Part shown: positions 37,564-47,509 of the stretch, piece after piece
How the letters are laid out: every line of letters begins with the position of its first letter
How positions within the stretch are numbered: the first letter of the stretch is position 1
DNA from: an uncultured Verrucomicrobiae bacterium
GTDB taxonomy: Bacteria; Chlamydiota; Chlamydiia; Chlamydiales; Rhabdochlamydiaceae
DNA length: 64,000 bases
Direction: 5' to 3'
NCBI GenBank assembly: GCA_963806855.1
Contig: CAWDYW010000001.1
Coordinates: 192,001 to 256,000, forward strand
Program-made: the position numbers and the translations under genes
The notes under the pieces: generated by a model
Told to the model about the DNA's origin: nothing
Seen by the model: the letters and a program-made list of their open reading frames with translations, nothing else
Databases searched by the model: none

Positions 37564-38422
37564 AATCGGCACCGTCATCAGCTTCTGCACCCATGATGTC
37601 AGATTCTTAGATCGCAACATCAATGCTGTCCGTCCCTTTTCCTCCCAAATTGTGATCCCCGTCTGCGACCATTTCTACAATGGAAAGCCAGAAGATTTGG
37701 AGCTATTGCAGAAGATCTACCACAACTATCCAGACGTCGATTTTGTTGAGTTTGCCTACAGCGAAGACGAAGTTTACGGCACCCCAGCCAAACTCGTTCC
37801 GGGCAGTCCCTATTGGGCCCAACATTGGCACAATAGCGCTCGGTTAGTGGCGAGTTACTTCCTAAAGCCCGAAATTGATTACGTGTTGTTTGTCGATACC
37901 GATGAGATTTTCACTGCCGATGTGAGAACCATTCCCTTTCATGAATATGAGGCCATTCGCTTTGCCACCTACTGGTACTTCAAAACCGCGTCCCAATGCG
38001 CCACTGTAACCCCCGATGGACCTTTGCTAATCAAAAAAAGCCTTCTCACCACACAACTCCTACTCAATCCCCATGAGCGGATGGGGATGTTTGAGCAAAT
38101 AAACGGTCGAAAAGAGCGGGAGTTTTGTGTCGATGGCAAACCCATTGTCCACCATTACAGTTGGGTCCGCACCCCCGAAGAGATGCTCAAAAAAGTGAGA
38201 TCCTGGGGCCACCATTGGGAGCGCGATTGGGAGAAGCTGATGCAGAGTGAAGGGGACTTCGTCCGCAAGTACGAGTATAAAGAGGTGGAAGTAGACTGGG
38301 ATCCGTTGGCGGAAGAGACGACTTATCCCGAAATTAAAAATATTTTTAACAATCTTGCTAAAGTAACCCCCAAGCAGATTTTTAAGATGGAGATTCAAAA
38401 AGAAATTATGAATATCAACTGA
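37556..38422 (+). CDS. glycosyltransferase-like protein (GT-A)
   Basis: LFVDTDE (DxD), HHYSWVR; paralog of 39894-40772. Confidence 0.72.
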   Translation: MTKIGTVISFCTHDVRFLDRNINAVRPFSSQIVIPVCDHFYNGKPEDLELLQKIYHNYPDVDFVEFAYSEDEVYGTPAKLVPGSPYWAQHWHNSARLVASYFLKPEIDYVLFVDTDEIFTADVRTIPFHEYEAIRFATYWYFKTASQCATVTPDGPLLIKKSLLTTQLLLNPHERMGMFEQINGRKEREFCVDGKPIVHHYSWVRTPEEMLKKVRSWGHHWERDWEKLMQSEGDFVRKYEYKEVEVDWDPLAEETTYPEIKNIFNNLAKVTPKQIFKMEIQKEIMNIN

Positions 38423-38477
38423 ATTGACTTTAATTGACCTTTTTGTTAAGATTATTACAATAAACAAGGAGTCAACT

Positions 38478-39176
38478 ATGTTATCATCCATTTCTTCAGC
38501 CTTAGAATCTAAGGTGGCTTTACCATTTATCTCTAAACCAGTAACCACGGATTTTATGGTTCTATTGGGCTTAGTATCAGTGGCTGGTATAAATGGCTTT
38601 AGACATGCGAATTTAGCTAAAGCTTCTGGCAATTATGGGCCATATAGATTTTCGTTTTTGTCACTAATTTCTGCGCTTGGCTTTATGTCAACTAAACCTG
38701 AAAATTCCCAATATAAACTGGCTTTTCTTGCGATAACTGCAGTTTCTATCGGACTTTCTTACTTAGCCGAGAAAACTGCACCGGCGGCACCTGTAAAAGC
38801 AAAGCCAGTAGCACTGAATTATAGCACATTCGATTCAAACCTAGTGAGCATAGGACCAAATTATAGTAATAACTACCGTCTAAAACAATATCCTAACAAA
38901 GAGAAGTCTTATCACGATGGTCTTGTCTATATTGATGCTCGAGGTCAAGTAGAATGGAGCCAACCAGAACCTAAAGCGAAGCAGGCTGAAGTTCATCAGA
39001 CTCCTGTATTTATCGTTCCAGAGCCTAAAAAGGCTACAGTTGTAGAAGGAAAGCCTTCTGTTGCTCCTGCCACTGTCGTACAACTCCAAGCAGAGGAAAA
39101 TAATCCCGAAGTCAAAGTAAGACGGGTTGCCATGGGCGTCGCAGAAAGTGTAAAACAATTAACAGGCAATCTCTAA
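38478..39176 (+). CDS. hypothetical membrane protein
   Basis: AAGGAG RBS, three hydrophobic segments, Pro/Ala-rich tail. Confidence 0.7.
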   Translation: MLSSISSALESKVALPFISKPVTTDFMVLLGLVSVAGINGFRHANLAKASGNYGPYRFSFLSLISALGFMSTKPENSQYKLAFLAITAVSIGLSYLAEKTAPAAPVKAKPVALNYSTFDSNLVSIGPNYSNNYRLKQYPNKEKSYHDGLVYIDARGQVEWSQPEPKAKQAEVHQTPVFIVPEPKKATVVEGKPSVAPATVVQLQAEENNPEVKVRRVAMGVAESVKQLTGNL

Positions 39177-39183
39177 TATTCTT

Positions 39184-39212
39184 GGGAGGTTGATCTATCG
39201 GCCTCCCTTTTT
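39184..39212 (+). terminator. intrinsic terminator
   Basis: GGGAGGTTGA-TCTA-TCGGCCTCCC followed by TTTTT. Confidence 0.75.
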
Positions 39213-39329
39213 CATTTCCGCAAATTCTATTAAATATTTTACCATCTAGCATTAAAAATTCTAAGCTAATTTTCTTCTAATCTGAAATAAGCTATAATAT
39301 CTCTATCTGTAATATTAGGAGGATAATTT

Positions 39330-39890
39330 ATGGGCGGAATTTTAGACGCTATCAGTTCAAGACTTTGGCCTACCCCACGTGCCCCAGAGCCGAAGGCGGT
39401 CCCTAGTCAACCAGAAATCAATGAACTTTATACTCTGAATGAGAAAGGTTGGCGCTGTTTCCAGATGGATAGGCTCAGCATTGCACAATGTGATGTCATC
39501 ACTGAAGACTGCCGCAAGGAAGCCACTTACGAAAGATATCTGACAATCGGTGGAGCAGTTGGAGCCACGGCGTTGGCAAGCGGGATCCTGATCGCAGGGT
39601 TTATAGTTGCTAAACTTGCCAGTCTCTTCTTCGTGGTCACCTTATCGAATATTGCCACACATTTTCTTACAACCTGTAGCCCGTTGACCTACTTCTTCGT
39701 TCGCGTTGTCACCCACATTGCTGCGCTGAGCGGAACGGTGACCTTGCTTCAAATCCTTTGGAATTATTCTTACGAATCGCTGCAAAATCACTGGGAAGCG
39801 GCAAAACACCTCGACGATCAAGCTCTGCAGGCACAACTTCGCAAGGCAGTAGAGAAAATTAATGCTAAAGCGGAGCTTGCAACTTCGTAA
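39330..39890 (+). CDS. Inc-like bilobed membrane protein
   Basis: AGGAGG RBS; long central bilobed hydrophobic region; resembles 59640-60095. Confidence 0.7.
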   Translation: MGGILDAISSRLWPTPRAPEPKAVPSQPEINELYTLNEKGWRCFQMDRLSIAQCDVITEDCRKEATYERYLTIGGAVGATALASGILIAGFIVAKLASLFFVVTLSNIATHFLTTCSPLTYFFVRVVTHIAALSGTVTLLQILWNYSYESLQNHWEAAKHLDDQALQAQLRKAVEKINAKAELATS

Positions 39891-39893
39891 TCG

Positions 39894-40772
39894 TTGTGGC
39901 ACAAAGAAAATGTGCTCGCAACAATCATTAATTTTTCCTCCAATGAAGCGCTTTTTCTAAAGGCATGCCTAGAAGAAGCGCTTCTCTTTTCTGATCAAAT
40001 TATCGTTCCGGTCTGCGACCATTTTTTTGATGGGACGCCAGAGAATCGGGAGCTCTTAGAAGCCATTTACGCTGCTCATCCTGAGGTGCAATTCATCGAA
40101 TATGCTTGGTCTAAGGAGAACTTCTACAGCGGCCATCCGACCCATTATTGGCACAATTTGAGCCGTCTCATCGGGAGCGCCTTTCTCTCTCCTGAGATCG
40201 AATATGTGCTCTTTCTCGATGTCGATGAGATCGTCGACGGGCGCCGATTTGCCCAGTGGTTGAAGCATTTCCCTCTTTCTCAATATGCGGCGCTGCGGCT
40301 AGCCTGCTATTGGTACTTTCGGGAGGCGAAATATCAAGCCTTGCAGTGGGAAGATACTCCGCTGCTGATAAGTAAAACCGCTTTACATTACGATGCGCTC
40401 ATGCACCCTAACGAGAGGGCTGGGACCTTCCATTTGGCCCGTGGGGAAAAATTGCGTCATGTCACTTCGGAAGAGGGGTTGCCCATGATCCATCATTACA
40501 GCTGGGTCAGGAGCAAAGAGGCGCTCTTGCGTAAAGTGAGCTGCTGGGGCCACCGCGATGAGCGGGACTGGCGATCACTTGTCGAGACCGAATTTGCAAA
40601 AGAGTTTTCGGGCACCGACTTTGTGCATGGCTATTCATTCAAAGAAGTGGAGCCCTTCCTTAAGACGCATCACTATCAGCCGACCTCCAATAAGGGAGGC
40701 AATGTTCACTATTTAAAAACTCCTGATATTCATAAAATCGATCTTGAGTTAAAATTTTTTGCTGGCTCATGA
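39894..40772 (+). CDS. glycosyltransferase-like protein (GT-A)
   Basis: LFLDVDE (DxD), HHYSWVR; start may be GTG 39912. Confidence 0.72.
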   Translation: MWHKENVLATIINFSSNEALFLKACLEEALLFSDQIIVPVCDHFFDGTPENRELLEAIYAAHPEVQFIEYAWSKENFYSGHPTHYWHNLSRLIGSAFLSPEIEYVLFLDVDEIVDGRRFAQWLKHFPLSQYAALRLACYWYFREAKYQALQWEDTPLLISKTALHYDALMHPNERAGTFHLARGEKLRHVTSEEGLPMIHHYSWVRSKEALLRKVSCWGHRDERDWRSLVETEFAKEFSGTDFVHGYSFKEVEPFLKTHHYQPTSNKGGNVHYLKTPDIHKIDLELKFFAGS

Positions 40773-41275
40773 AACGGATACTCTTTTTTCTCCTATTATT
40801 CTTCGCTCCCTTGACCCCTAATCCATTCACAGGATTTTTCGATTCTGTCGATCGGGGAGATATAGAAAAAGTGATGGAATTTCTAGAAAAGATGAGGCCG
40901 AAAATCGAGCCGCTACCCCATTTCAGAACAGTGACACGGGGCCTGGTCACAGCAATGGAGTGGAAATTTAGGCAGGACATTTCCAGAGAGGTTGCTCGGG
41001 AGAGGGCGCTTGCTGAAATCAATCGCGGCAATTTAACCACAGAGCAAAAAGAGGATCTTGCCGACATCGTCGAATACCTCTCTGAAGATCCCGAAACGTT
41101 ATGGGAGAAGAGCAAAAAAGTGTTCAAGAAAAAGAAGAAAACAGAAGTTCCCCCCTTTCGCATTGAAGCAGTCGAGATCTATTTTGGTGCTCTGCTCACA
41201 CAAGTCACTTGGGTGCCCGCGAGCAATTTTGGGACAAAGATGATCAACGATGGGATGAAGAGGGCTACATCATGA
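40769..41275 (+). CDS. hypothetical exported protein
   Basis: Signal peptide-like N-terminus; ATGA overlaps with both neighbours. Confidence 0.65.
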   Translation: MKRILFFLLLFFAPLTPNPFTGFFDSVDRGDIEKVMEFLEKMRPKIEPLPHFRTVTRGLVTAMEWKFRQDISREVARERALAEINRGNLTTEQKEDLADIVEYLSEDPETLWEKSKKVFKKKKKTEVPPFRIEAVEIYFGALLTQVTWVPASNFGTKMINDGMKRATS

Positions 41276-42026
41276 TCGATTCCCACGCCCATCTAACCAG
41301 CGAGGCTGTTCTTCCTATCATCGACGCCGTCATCCAGCGGGCGAATCTCGTTGGAGTGGAGAAGATCGTCAATATTTGCACCGATGAAAAGTCGCTCAAA
41401 GAGGGGCTGCACCTCGCGAAACGACACAAAGGGATCTACAACACTGCAGCGACGACACCCCACGATGTCGAAACAGAAGGGGCCCATTTTTCCCCCTCGT
41501 CGAAGCTGCCGCAGCCCAACTCGTTGCAATCGGCGAGACAGGCTTAGACTACTTCTACGAGCACTCTCCCAAAAAACTGCAGCAGCACTACTTGAGCCGC
41601 TATTTCGAACTGGCCCGCAAAGTCAATCTGCCCGTGGTGTTTCATTGCCGCGATGCCTTCGAAGACCTATTTGCCATGGCCGATCAAGAGTACCGCGACC
41701 GCCCCGCCCTCCTCCATTGCTTTACAGGGACAATCGATGAGGCGCGCAGCTGCTTGGATCGAGGGTGGTTCATCTCATTCTCAGGGATCATCACCTTCAA
41801 AAAGTCTGAAGCCTTGCGCGAAGTGGTGAAATTTGTCCCGCTCGACCGAATATTTGTCGAAACCGATACTCCCTATCTCGCCCCCCAATCGCATCGTGGG
41901 GAGCAAAACGAGCCGGCCTTCGTCATCGAAACAGCCGCGAAAGTCGCCGAGCTAAAGGGAACTTCACTTGAGATGGTCGAGAAGGTGACGAGTCAAAATA
42001 TCTCAGGATTTTTCAATCTGAAGTAA
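41272..42026 (+). CDS. tatD: TatD family deoxyribonuclease (apparent indel ~41490)
   Basis: IDSHAH, TPHD, AIGETGLD (shifted frame), FHCRDA, LHCFTG, ETDTPYLAP. Confidence 0.9.
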
Positions 42027-42074
42027 TTAAGGAGTAATGAGTTAGGCAAAAATTATATTCGCCTTATTTACAAC

Positions 42075-42112
42075 TACCACTATCGGTGGTAATATTACCA
42101 CTAAAGGTGGTA
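42075..42112. promoter_or_regulatory. tandem palindromic operator
   Basis: TACCAC-N5-GTGGTA at 42075 and 42096 (21-bp period), ending 3 bp before ATG 42116. Confidence 0.7.
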
Positions 42113-42115
42113 GAT

Positions 42116-42451
42116 ATGTTTGAGCAATTATTTGGTAGCCAAATCGTTGAGAAGGTCCTGTTTTATATGATTGTGAATGAAAGATGTTTTGCTTCTGAGT
42201 TGAGGGCGAGTTTTAATATTCCAATCTTTGGAATACAGAGGGCTCTTACCCGGTTAGAAAATCAAGGCATTCTCGTTAGCATTGTTGAGGGTAAGAACAG
42301 AATCTACTTGTGGAATCCAAGATATCCTTTTTTGGAAGAGTTTAAAAAATTTATTCAGAAAGCATATTCTTCTCTACCAGATGAAATGAAGAAGAAGTTT
42401 TATGAACGACCTATACGAAAGCGTCCAAGGAAAAAAGGCAAGCCATTATGA
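42116..42451 (+). CDS. winged-HTH regulator / putative antitoxin
   Basis: ASELR...IQRALTRLENQGILVS...GKNRIY wHTH pattern. Confidence 0.75.
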   Translation: MFEQLFGSQIVEKVLFYMIVNERCFASELRASFNIPIFGIQRALTRLENQGILVSIVEGKNRIYLWNPRYPFLEEFKKFIQKAYSSLPDEMKKKFYERPIRKRPRKKGKPL

Positions 42452-43002
42452 ATGAAAAAATAGATTGGGCTCATATTGAAACAAAAGAACTTGCTGGATT
42501 GATTTGTCAACACTTTAAAAATGATGGTATTGAAGCAGTTTTGGTTGGTGGCTCATGTGTTACGATTTACTCAAATAATCGATATGTTTCTCAGGATTTA
42601 GATTACATCAGTTATCAAGACTATAAAGAGATCAAGATCTCACTGGAAAAAATTGATTTTTTTGAAAGAGGAAATCATTTTGAACATGCTGAATGTCCAT
42701 TTTTAATAGATTTTGTGAAAGAGCCTGTGGCTATTGGCAAAGAGATCATTAAAAATTTTGAAGAGATGCTTACAAGATATGGGACTTTTAAATTGCTAAA
42801 AGCTGACGATTGTGTTAGAGATCGATTGGCAAGTTTTTATTATTGGGACGATAGACAAGGATTAGAACAGGCGATCAATGTCTGTTTAGATCGAAAGATT
42901 GATATGGAAGGAATTCAGAAGTGGTCAAAAAGAGAAGGTTTTGAAAAGAAATTTTTGATATTTGTTGATGAACTAACTAAGCACTTAGTTTTGAGAGATT
43001 AG
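42448..43002 (+). CDS. nucleotidyltransferase-fold protein / putative toxin
   Basis: VLVGGSCV...SQDLD (Pol-beta-like GG..DxD); ATGA-coupled to the wHTH gene. Confidence 0.7.
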   Translation: MNEKIDWAHIETKELAGLICQHFKNDGIEAVLVGGSCVTIYSNNRYVSQDLDYISYQDYKEIKISLEKIDFFERGNHFEHAECPFLIDFVKEPVAIGKEIIKNFEEMLTRYGTFKLLKADDCVRDRLASFYYWDDRQGLEQAINVCLDRKIDMEGIQKWSKREGFEKKFLIFVDELTKHLVLRD

Positions 43003-43058
43003 GATTTACTTACTGAGGGGCATGGGTGAACTTGTAAAAGTAAATGAGATTACAGTAT

Positions 43059-43670
43059 TTATGGTCTATTAAAAACGCCATATCGCATCGTCCCATCTGG
43101 CAAAATAGCAGCTTCAAGAGTAGTGCCATTTTTGCTTTGATATACATTAAGCTCTTGTTGCCGGATGCAATCTGTATTTCCAAAATGTTTCTCGATTGCA
43201 CTACGAACATCCGATAATAAGCTCCCATTGGAAGTGACTTGATCCTCTCCTATGATAAAAAGATAGGTATGAGATGTCGGGTATTTAGAAATAACTCTAC
43301 CAATATAACCTCTCATATCATTGATGCCTTCTTCTGTTTCTTCACTATAAGAAAAACAATTCAAAGCTATATTTGCTATTTGATTTGTTTTAGGATTTAA
43401 TACGATGGCACCAACAGCAATTTCCTTGCTGCTGAGAAGGGCCGAACAACCTCTTTGTAAATTATTCGGATCCCTATAGAGAGTTGATCCTTGGTAAAGC
43501 CAATCCTTACCTAATCTATAGGGGCCGACATATTGAAACCCATTAAGGGTTAAAGGTACAGTTACTTGAAGATCGAGGGGTTTGTTAAAATTCGCTGCAG
43601 CTAGCATTTGATGTGTCCTCCAAAATTGAAGCAGCACCATACCATAGGTCTTAGATTGCATTCCAGTCAT
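43059..43670 (-). CDS. hypothetical protein
   Basis: 203-aa AT-rich ORF, no recognisable motif; start uncertain. Confidence 0.55.
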   Translation of the reverse strand: MTGMQSKTYGMVLLQFWRTHQMLAAANFNKPLDLQVTVPLTLNGFQYVGPYRLGKDWLYQGSTLYRDPNNLQRGCSALLSSKEIAVGAIVLNPKTNQIANIALNCFSYSEETEEGINDMRGYIGRVISKYPTSHTYLFIIGEDQVTSNGSLLSDVRSAIEKHFGNTDCIRQQELNVYQSKNGTTLEAAILPDGTMRYGVFNRP

Positions 43671-43740
43671 ATAGTGTAATCACTGTCAATGAAACTTGAA
43701 TTGATCTAAAATTTATTGTACATTGCAGCGTGAGGTGCAT

Positions 43741-44730
43741 ATGACAGCAAGAATCGATCCCATTCCTAGGGCATTTATTTGGCGGCGAATCCACTCGCTT
43801 ACCGGTCTTTGGTTTGTCCTTTTTTTAATTGAGCATTTGATCACCAATTCGCAGGCGGCGCTCCTTCTTGGAGAGAGTGGTCAGGGATTTGTCAGGGCAG
43901 TCAACTTCATCCACAATTTGCCCTATCTAACTGTGATTGAAGTGGGATTGCTTGGCGTCCCGATCCTCATCCACGTGCTTTGGGGAGTCAAATATGCACT
44001 GACCTCTGCGCCCAATTCAGGACACAGCGATGGGAGCCTTCCGCAACTGAAATATAGCCGCAACAGAGCCTATACGTGGCAGCGGATCACGGCGTGGTTG
44101 TTGATTCCGTTACTGGCGATGCACATCATCAAATTTCGATTCTTGGAATATCCTGAAGAGGTCAATGTCGGCTCGGTGCCAAGCTTTATGCATGTGGTGA
44201 GTCTCGATCCGGGGCTCTATACGGTCGCCGATCGGCTCAATGTGAAATTGCTGGACGAGAAAATGATTCAAAAAATGGTGGGGGAGCATCGCTCGCAGAC
44301 CCCGTTGCTTGAAGCGGAGAGAGAGATTCGGCAGAAGAATGAGCAGAGTTTCAGTTCGCAAGATGAGACGATTTTGCAGGCTGCGCAGCATCATCAAGAG
44401 CAGATGAAATATGTGCAGGCGCTGGAAAAAATGCATTTGAAGGCGGGTCAGGTGGTGGCAGTTGCGCCGACGTTTGGGACGATTTCGCTGCTCGGTGTGC
44501 GCGATACATTTAAGAGTCCGATGTGGGTGGCGGTTTACACGCTGTTTGTGATCAGCGCCTGTTTTCATGCGTTTAACGGTCTGTGGACGTCGATTGTCTC
44601 CTGGGGCTGGGTGATTCGAGCCGCAGCGCAGGCGGGCGCGCGCAAAGTGGCTTATGTGTTGATGGTGATCATTGGGCTTTTGGGACTGATTGCAGTTTGG
44701 GGCACCTATTTTTTTAATTTAAAATATTAG
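43741..44730 (+). CDS. sdhC: succinate dehydrogenase cytochrome b subunit
   Basis: RRIHSLTG, FLIEHL, WQRITA, FHAFNGLW. Confidence 0.92.
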   Translation: MTARIDPIPRAFIWRRIHSLTGLWFVLFLIEHLITNSQAALLLGESGQGFVRAVNFIHNLPYLTVIEVGLLGVPILIHVLWGVKYALTSAPNSGHSDGSLPQLKYSRNRAYTWQRITAWLLIPLLAMHIIKFRFLEYPEEVNVGSVPSFMHVVSLDPGLYTVADRLNVKLLDEKMIQKMVGEHRSQTPLLEAEREIRQKNEQSFSSQDETILQAAQHHQEQMKYVQALEKMHLKAGQVVAVAPTFGTISLLGVRDTFKSPMWVAVYTLFVISACFHAFNGLWTSIVSWGWVIRAAAQAGARKVAYVLMVIIGLLGLIAVWGTYFFNLKY

Positions 44731-44736
44731 AGATAG

Positions 44737-46620
44737 ATGATGGCGAAGAAGAAAAAAGAAGTGATTGTAGTTGGAGGGGGTCTGGCCGGTCTTGCTGCCG
44801 TGATGAAGCTTGCTGAAGAGGGATGCCACGTGAAGATCTTTTCAGTGACGAAGGTCAAGCGGTCTCACTCGGTCTGCGCGCAAGGGGGGATCAACGCGGC
44901 CATCAACATGAAAAACGAAGATGATTCTCCGATTATCCATGCGTACGACACGATCAAGGGGGGAGATTTTCTTGCCGATCAGCCGCCGATTCTCGAGATG
45001 GGCCTCGCAGCTCCTGGCATTATCCGGATGATGGACCGGTTTGGCTGCCCATTTAATCGGACAACAGAGGGAAATCTCGATTTCCGCCGCTTTGGGGGGA
45101 CCCTTTACAACCGGACCGCGTTTTGCGGTGCTTCGACAGGCCAGCAGCTTCTCTATGCGCTCGATGAGCAGGTGCGTCGCTATGAGGTGAAGGGGCTCGT
45201 TGAAAAATTTGAGTATCACGAGTTCATGCGCCTCGTTATGGATGATGAAGGGGTGACGCGCGGCATCGTCTATATGGATCTGTTGACGATGCAGCTGCAT
45301 GAGATGAAGGGCGATGCCGTTGTCTTTGCGACAGGCGGCCCTGGGCTCATTTTCAAGAAATCGACCAATTCAACTTTCTGCACAGGGGCTGCGAAGGGAA
45401 GGCTCTACATGCAGGGGATGCAGTATGCCAACGGAGAATTCATCCAAATCCATCCCACAGCCATTCCTGGCCAAGATAAATTGCGGCTGATTTCCGAATC
45501 GGTCCGCGGCGAAGGGGGGCGCATGTGGGTATATGGCGATTCTTCGAAAAAGATCATGTCACCAGACGGAAAAGAGATTCCCTGTGGGCAGACGGGAGAG
45601 CCGTGGTATTTCCTTGAGGAGCTCTATCCCTCTTTCGGCAATTTGGTTCCCCGCGATATTGGCGCTAGGGAGGTGCTGCGGGTATGTGAAATGGGGCTCG
45701 GGGTCGATGGAAAAAATCAGGTTTATCTCGACGTGACGCACCTTAAACCCGAAGTGTGGCACAAGCTTGAGTCAGTGCTCGATATCTACCAAAAATTCAC
45801 CGGCGAAGATCCGCGCAAAGTGCCGATGAAGATCTTCCCTGCCGTCCACTACTCGATGGGAGGAGCCTGGTGCGACTGGCCGGCGGTCGATGATCCCGAT
45901 CGAGCGACTAGATTTCGCCATATGACCAATCTCCGCGGTTGCTTTACCGTCGGGGAGTCCGAGTTCCAATATCATGGAGCCAATCGCCTGGGGGCCAACG
46001 CGCTACTCGCCTGCATTTTCTCGGGACTTGTCGCAGGTGTCGAAGTGCCCCGCTATCTCGATTCATTGAAAGAAAAAGAGATCCCCGAATCTGTCTATAA
46101 AAAAGCTGTATCCATAGAAGAGGCCTTCAAGCAAGATCTGCTGAGCCGAAATGGCAAAGAGAATATCCATGAGCTGCATGATGAGATGGCCGATTATATG
46201 ATCCGCTATGTGACGGTAAAGCGGGACAATGAAGGGCTGCAAAAGACCTTAGACAAACTCAAAGAGATCCGCGAGCGGTACAAGAATATTTCCCTCGATG
46301 ACAAGGGCAATCTGATGAATCAAACCTACACATTTGCCAACCAGTTCCGCTACATGCTCGAACTCGCCCTCGTCATGACCAAGGGGGCGCTCTTGCGTAA
46401 CGAATTCCGCGGCTCCCATTATAAGCCCGAATTCCCCGAAAGAGATGATGCCAATTGGCTGAAACATACCATCGCCACCTACGCTCCTGACGAACCGATC
46501 ATCACCTACAAATCCGTTGACCTGCGGCACCTCGATCCGATTCTGCGCGATTATGCCCATGCGAAGAGATTCAAGCCCACATTGAAAAATGTTCCCGAAA
46601 ACATTGTTCTTCCATTATAG
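44737..46620 (+). CDS. sdhA: succinate dehydrogenase flavoprotein
   Basis: GGGLAG, RSHSVCAQGGIN, FIQIHPT, HYSMGG, HGANRLGAN. Confidence 0.97.
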   Translation: MMAKKKKEVIVVGGGLAGLAAVMKLAEEGCHVKIFSVTKVKRSHSVCAQGGINAAINMKNEDDSPIIHAYDTIKGGDFLADQPPILEMGLAAPGIIRMMDRFGCPFNRTTEGNLDFRRFGGTLYNRTAFCGASTGQQLLYALDEQVRRYEVKGLVEKFEYHEFMRLVMDDEGVTRGIVYMDLLTMQLHEMKGDAVVFATGGPGLIFKKSTNSTFCTGAAKGRLYMQGMQYANGEFIQIHPTAIPGQDKLRLISESVRGEGGRMWVYGDSSKKIMSPDGKEIPCGQTGEPWYFLEELYPSFGNLVPRDIGAREVLRVCEMGLGVDGKNQVYLDVTHLKPEVWHKLESVLDIYQKFTGEDPRKVPMKIFPAVHYSMGGAWCDWPAVDDPDRATRFRHMTNLRGCFTVGESEFQYHGANRLGANALLACIFSGLVAGVEVPRYLDSLKEKEIPESVYKKAVSIEEAFKQDLLSRNGKENIHELHDEMADYMIRYVTVKRDNEGLQKTLDKLKEIRERYKNISLDDKGNLMNQTYTFANQFRYMLELALVMTKGALLRNEFRGSHYKPEFPERDDANWLKHTIATYAPDEPIITYKSVDLRHLDPILRDYAHAKRFKPTLKNVPENIVLPL

Positions 46621-46627
46621 AGAAGGT

Positions 46628-47392
46628 ATGGCAAAGAAGTTTACCCTAAAAATCTACCGCGGCACTCCAGGCAACCAATATTGGGAAGAGTTTGAGCTCG
46701 AACTAAAACCCTTCTACAATATCACCTCGGCCCTCATGGATGTCCAGAAAAACCCGATCAACAAAAAGGGAGAGCGAGTCACACCGGTCGCTTGGGAGCA
46801 AGGATGTCTCGAAGTGATCTGTGGATCGTGCTCGATGCTGGTCAATAGCCGGCCCGTGCAAGCCTGTGTCATGCTGGTCGAAAAAATCCTTAAAGCGACC
46901 GGCAGCGACACCATCACCCTCGCCCCTTTCACCTATTTCCCGCTCATCAAAGATCTGGTGGTCAATCGCGATTCGATGTTCGATAATCTCAAAAAGATTT
47001 CAGCTTGGATCGAAGTGGACAACGCTCTCGACAAGGGATTCGGCCCTAAAATCGATCCCAAAGTGCAAGAGGAGCGTTATGTCCTCTCTACCTGCATCAC
47101 CTGCGGCTGCTGTACCGAAGCCTGTCCGCAGATGAATCCCCGCTCGAAATTCATTGGCCCTGCCGCGATTTCCCAAGTGCGCCTCTTCAACGCCCATCCA
47201 GTCGGCGAGTTGACGGCGAAAGAGCGGATCCAACCTCTCATGGAAGAGGGCGGCGTCTCCGATTGCGGCGATGCCCAAAACTGTGTAGCAGTATGCCCCA
47301 AAGAGATCCCTCTAACCGAGTCGATCGCTCTCATGAGCCGCAAAACCGTTGCCCAAGCCTTGCGCAACGCCATCAAGACAGAAGACGCTTAA
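46628..47392 (+). CDS. sdhB: succinate dehydrogenase iron-sulfur subunit
   Basis: CLEVICGSC, CITCGCCTEACP, CGDAQNCVAVCP. Confidence 0.96.
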   Translation: MAKKFTLKIYRGTPGNQYWEEFELELKPFYNITSALMDVQKNPINKKGERVTPVAWEQGCLEVICGSCSMLVNSRPVQACVMLVEKILKATGSDTITLAPFTYFPLIKDLVVNRDSMFDNLKKISAWIEVDNALDKGFGPKIDPKVQEERYVLSTCITCGCCTEACPQMNPRSKFIGPAAISQVRLFNAHPVGELTAKERIQPLMEEGGVSDCGDAQNCVAVCPKEIPLTESIALMSRKTVAQALRNAIKTEDA

Positions 47393-47509
47393 AAAAAAGG
47401 GCTAACATTTATTCGAAGTCGATGTTATCATTTCCGGATATTTGATTCGGTGGGAATAAATCCATTGATCATTAATTCATATGTAAATTTTTTAACAGGA
47501 GTTCAATAT

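Noticed and set aside
36379..37623. 414-aa antisense ORF opposite namZ
   Set aside because: Shadow ORF caused by strong C-ending codon bias in namZ; no motif
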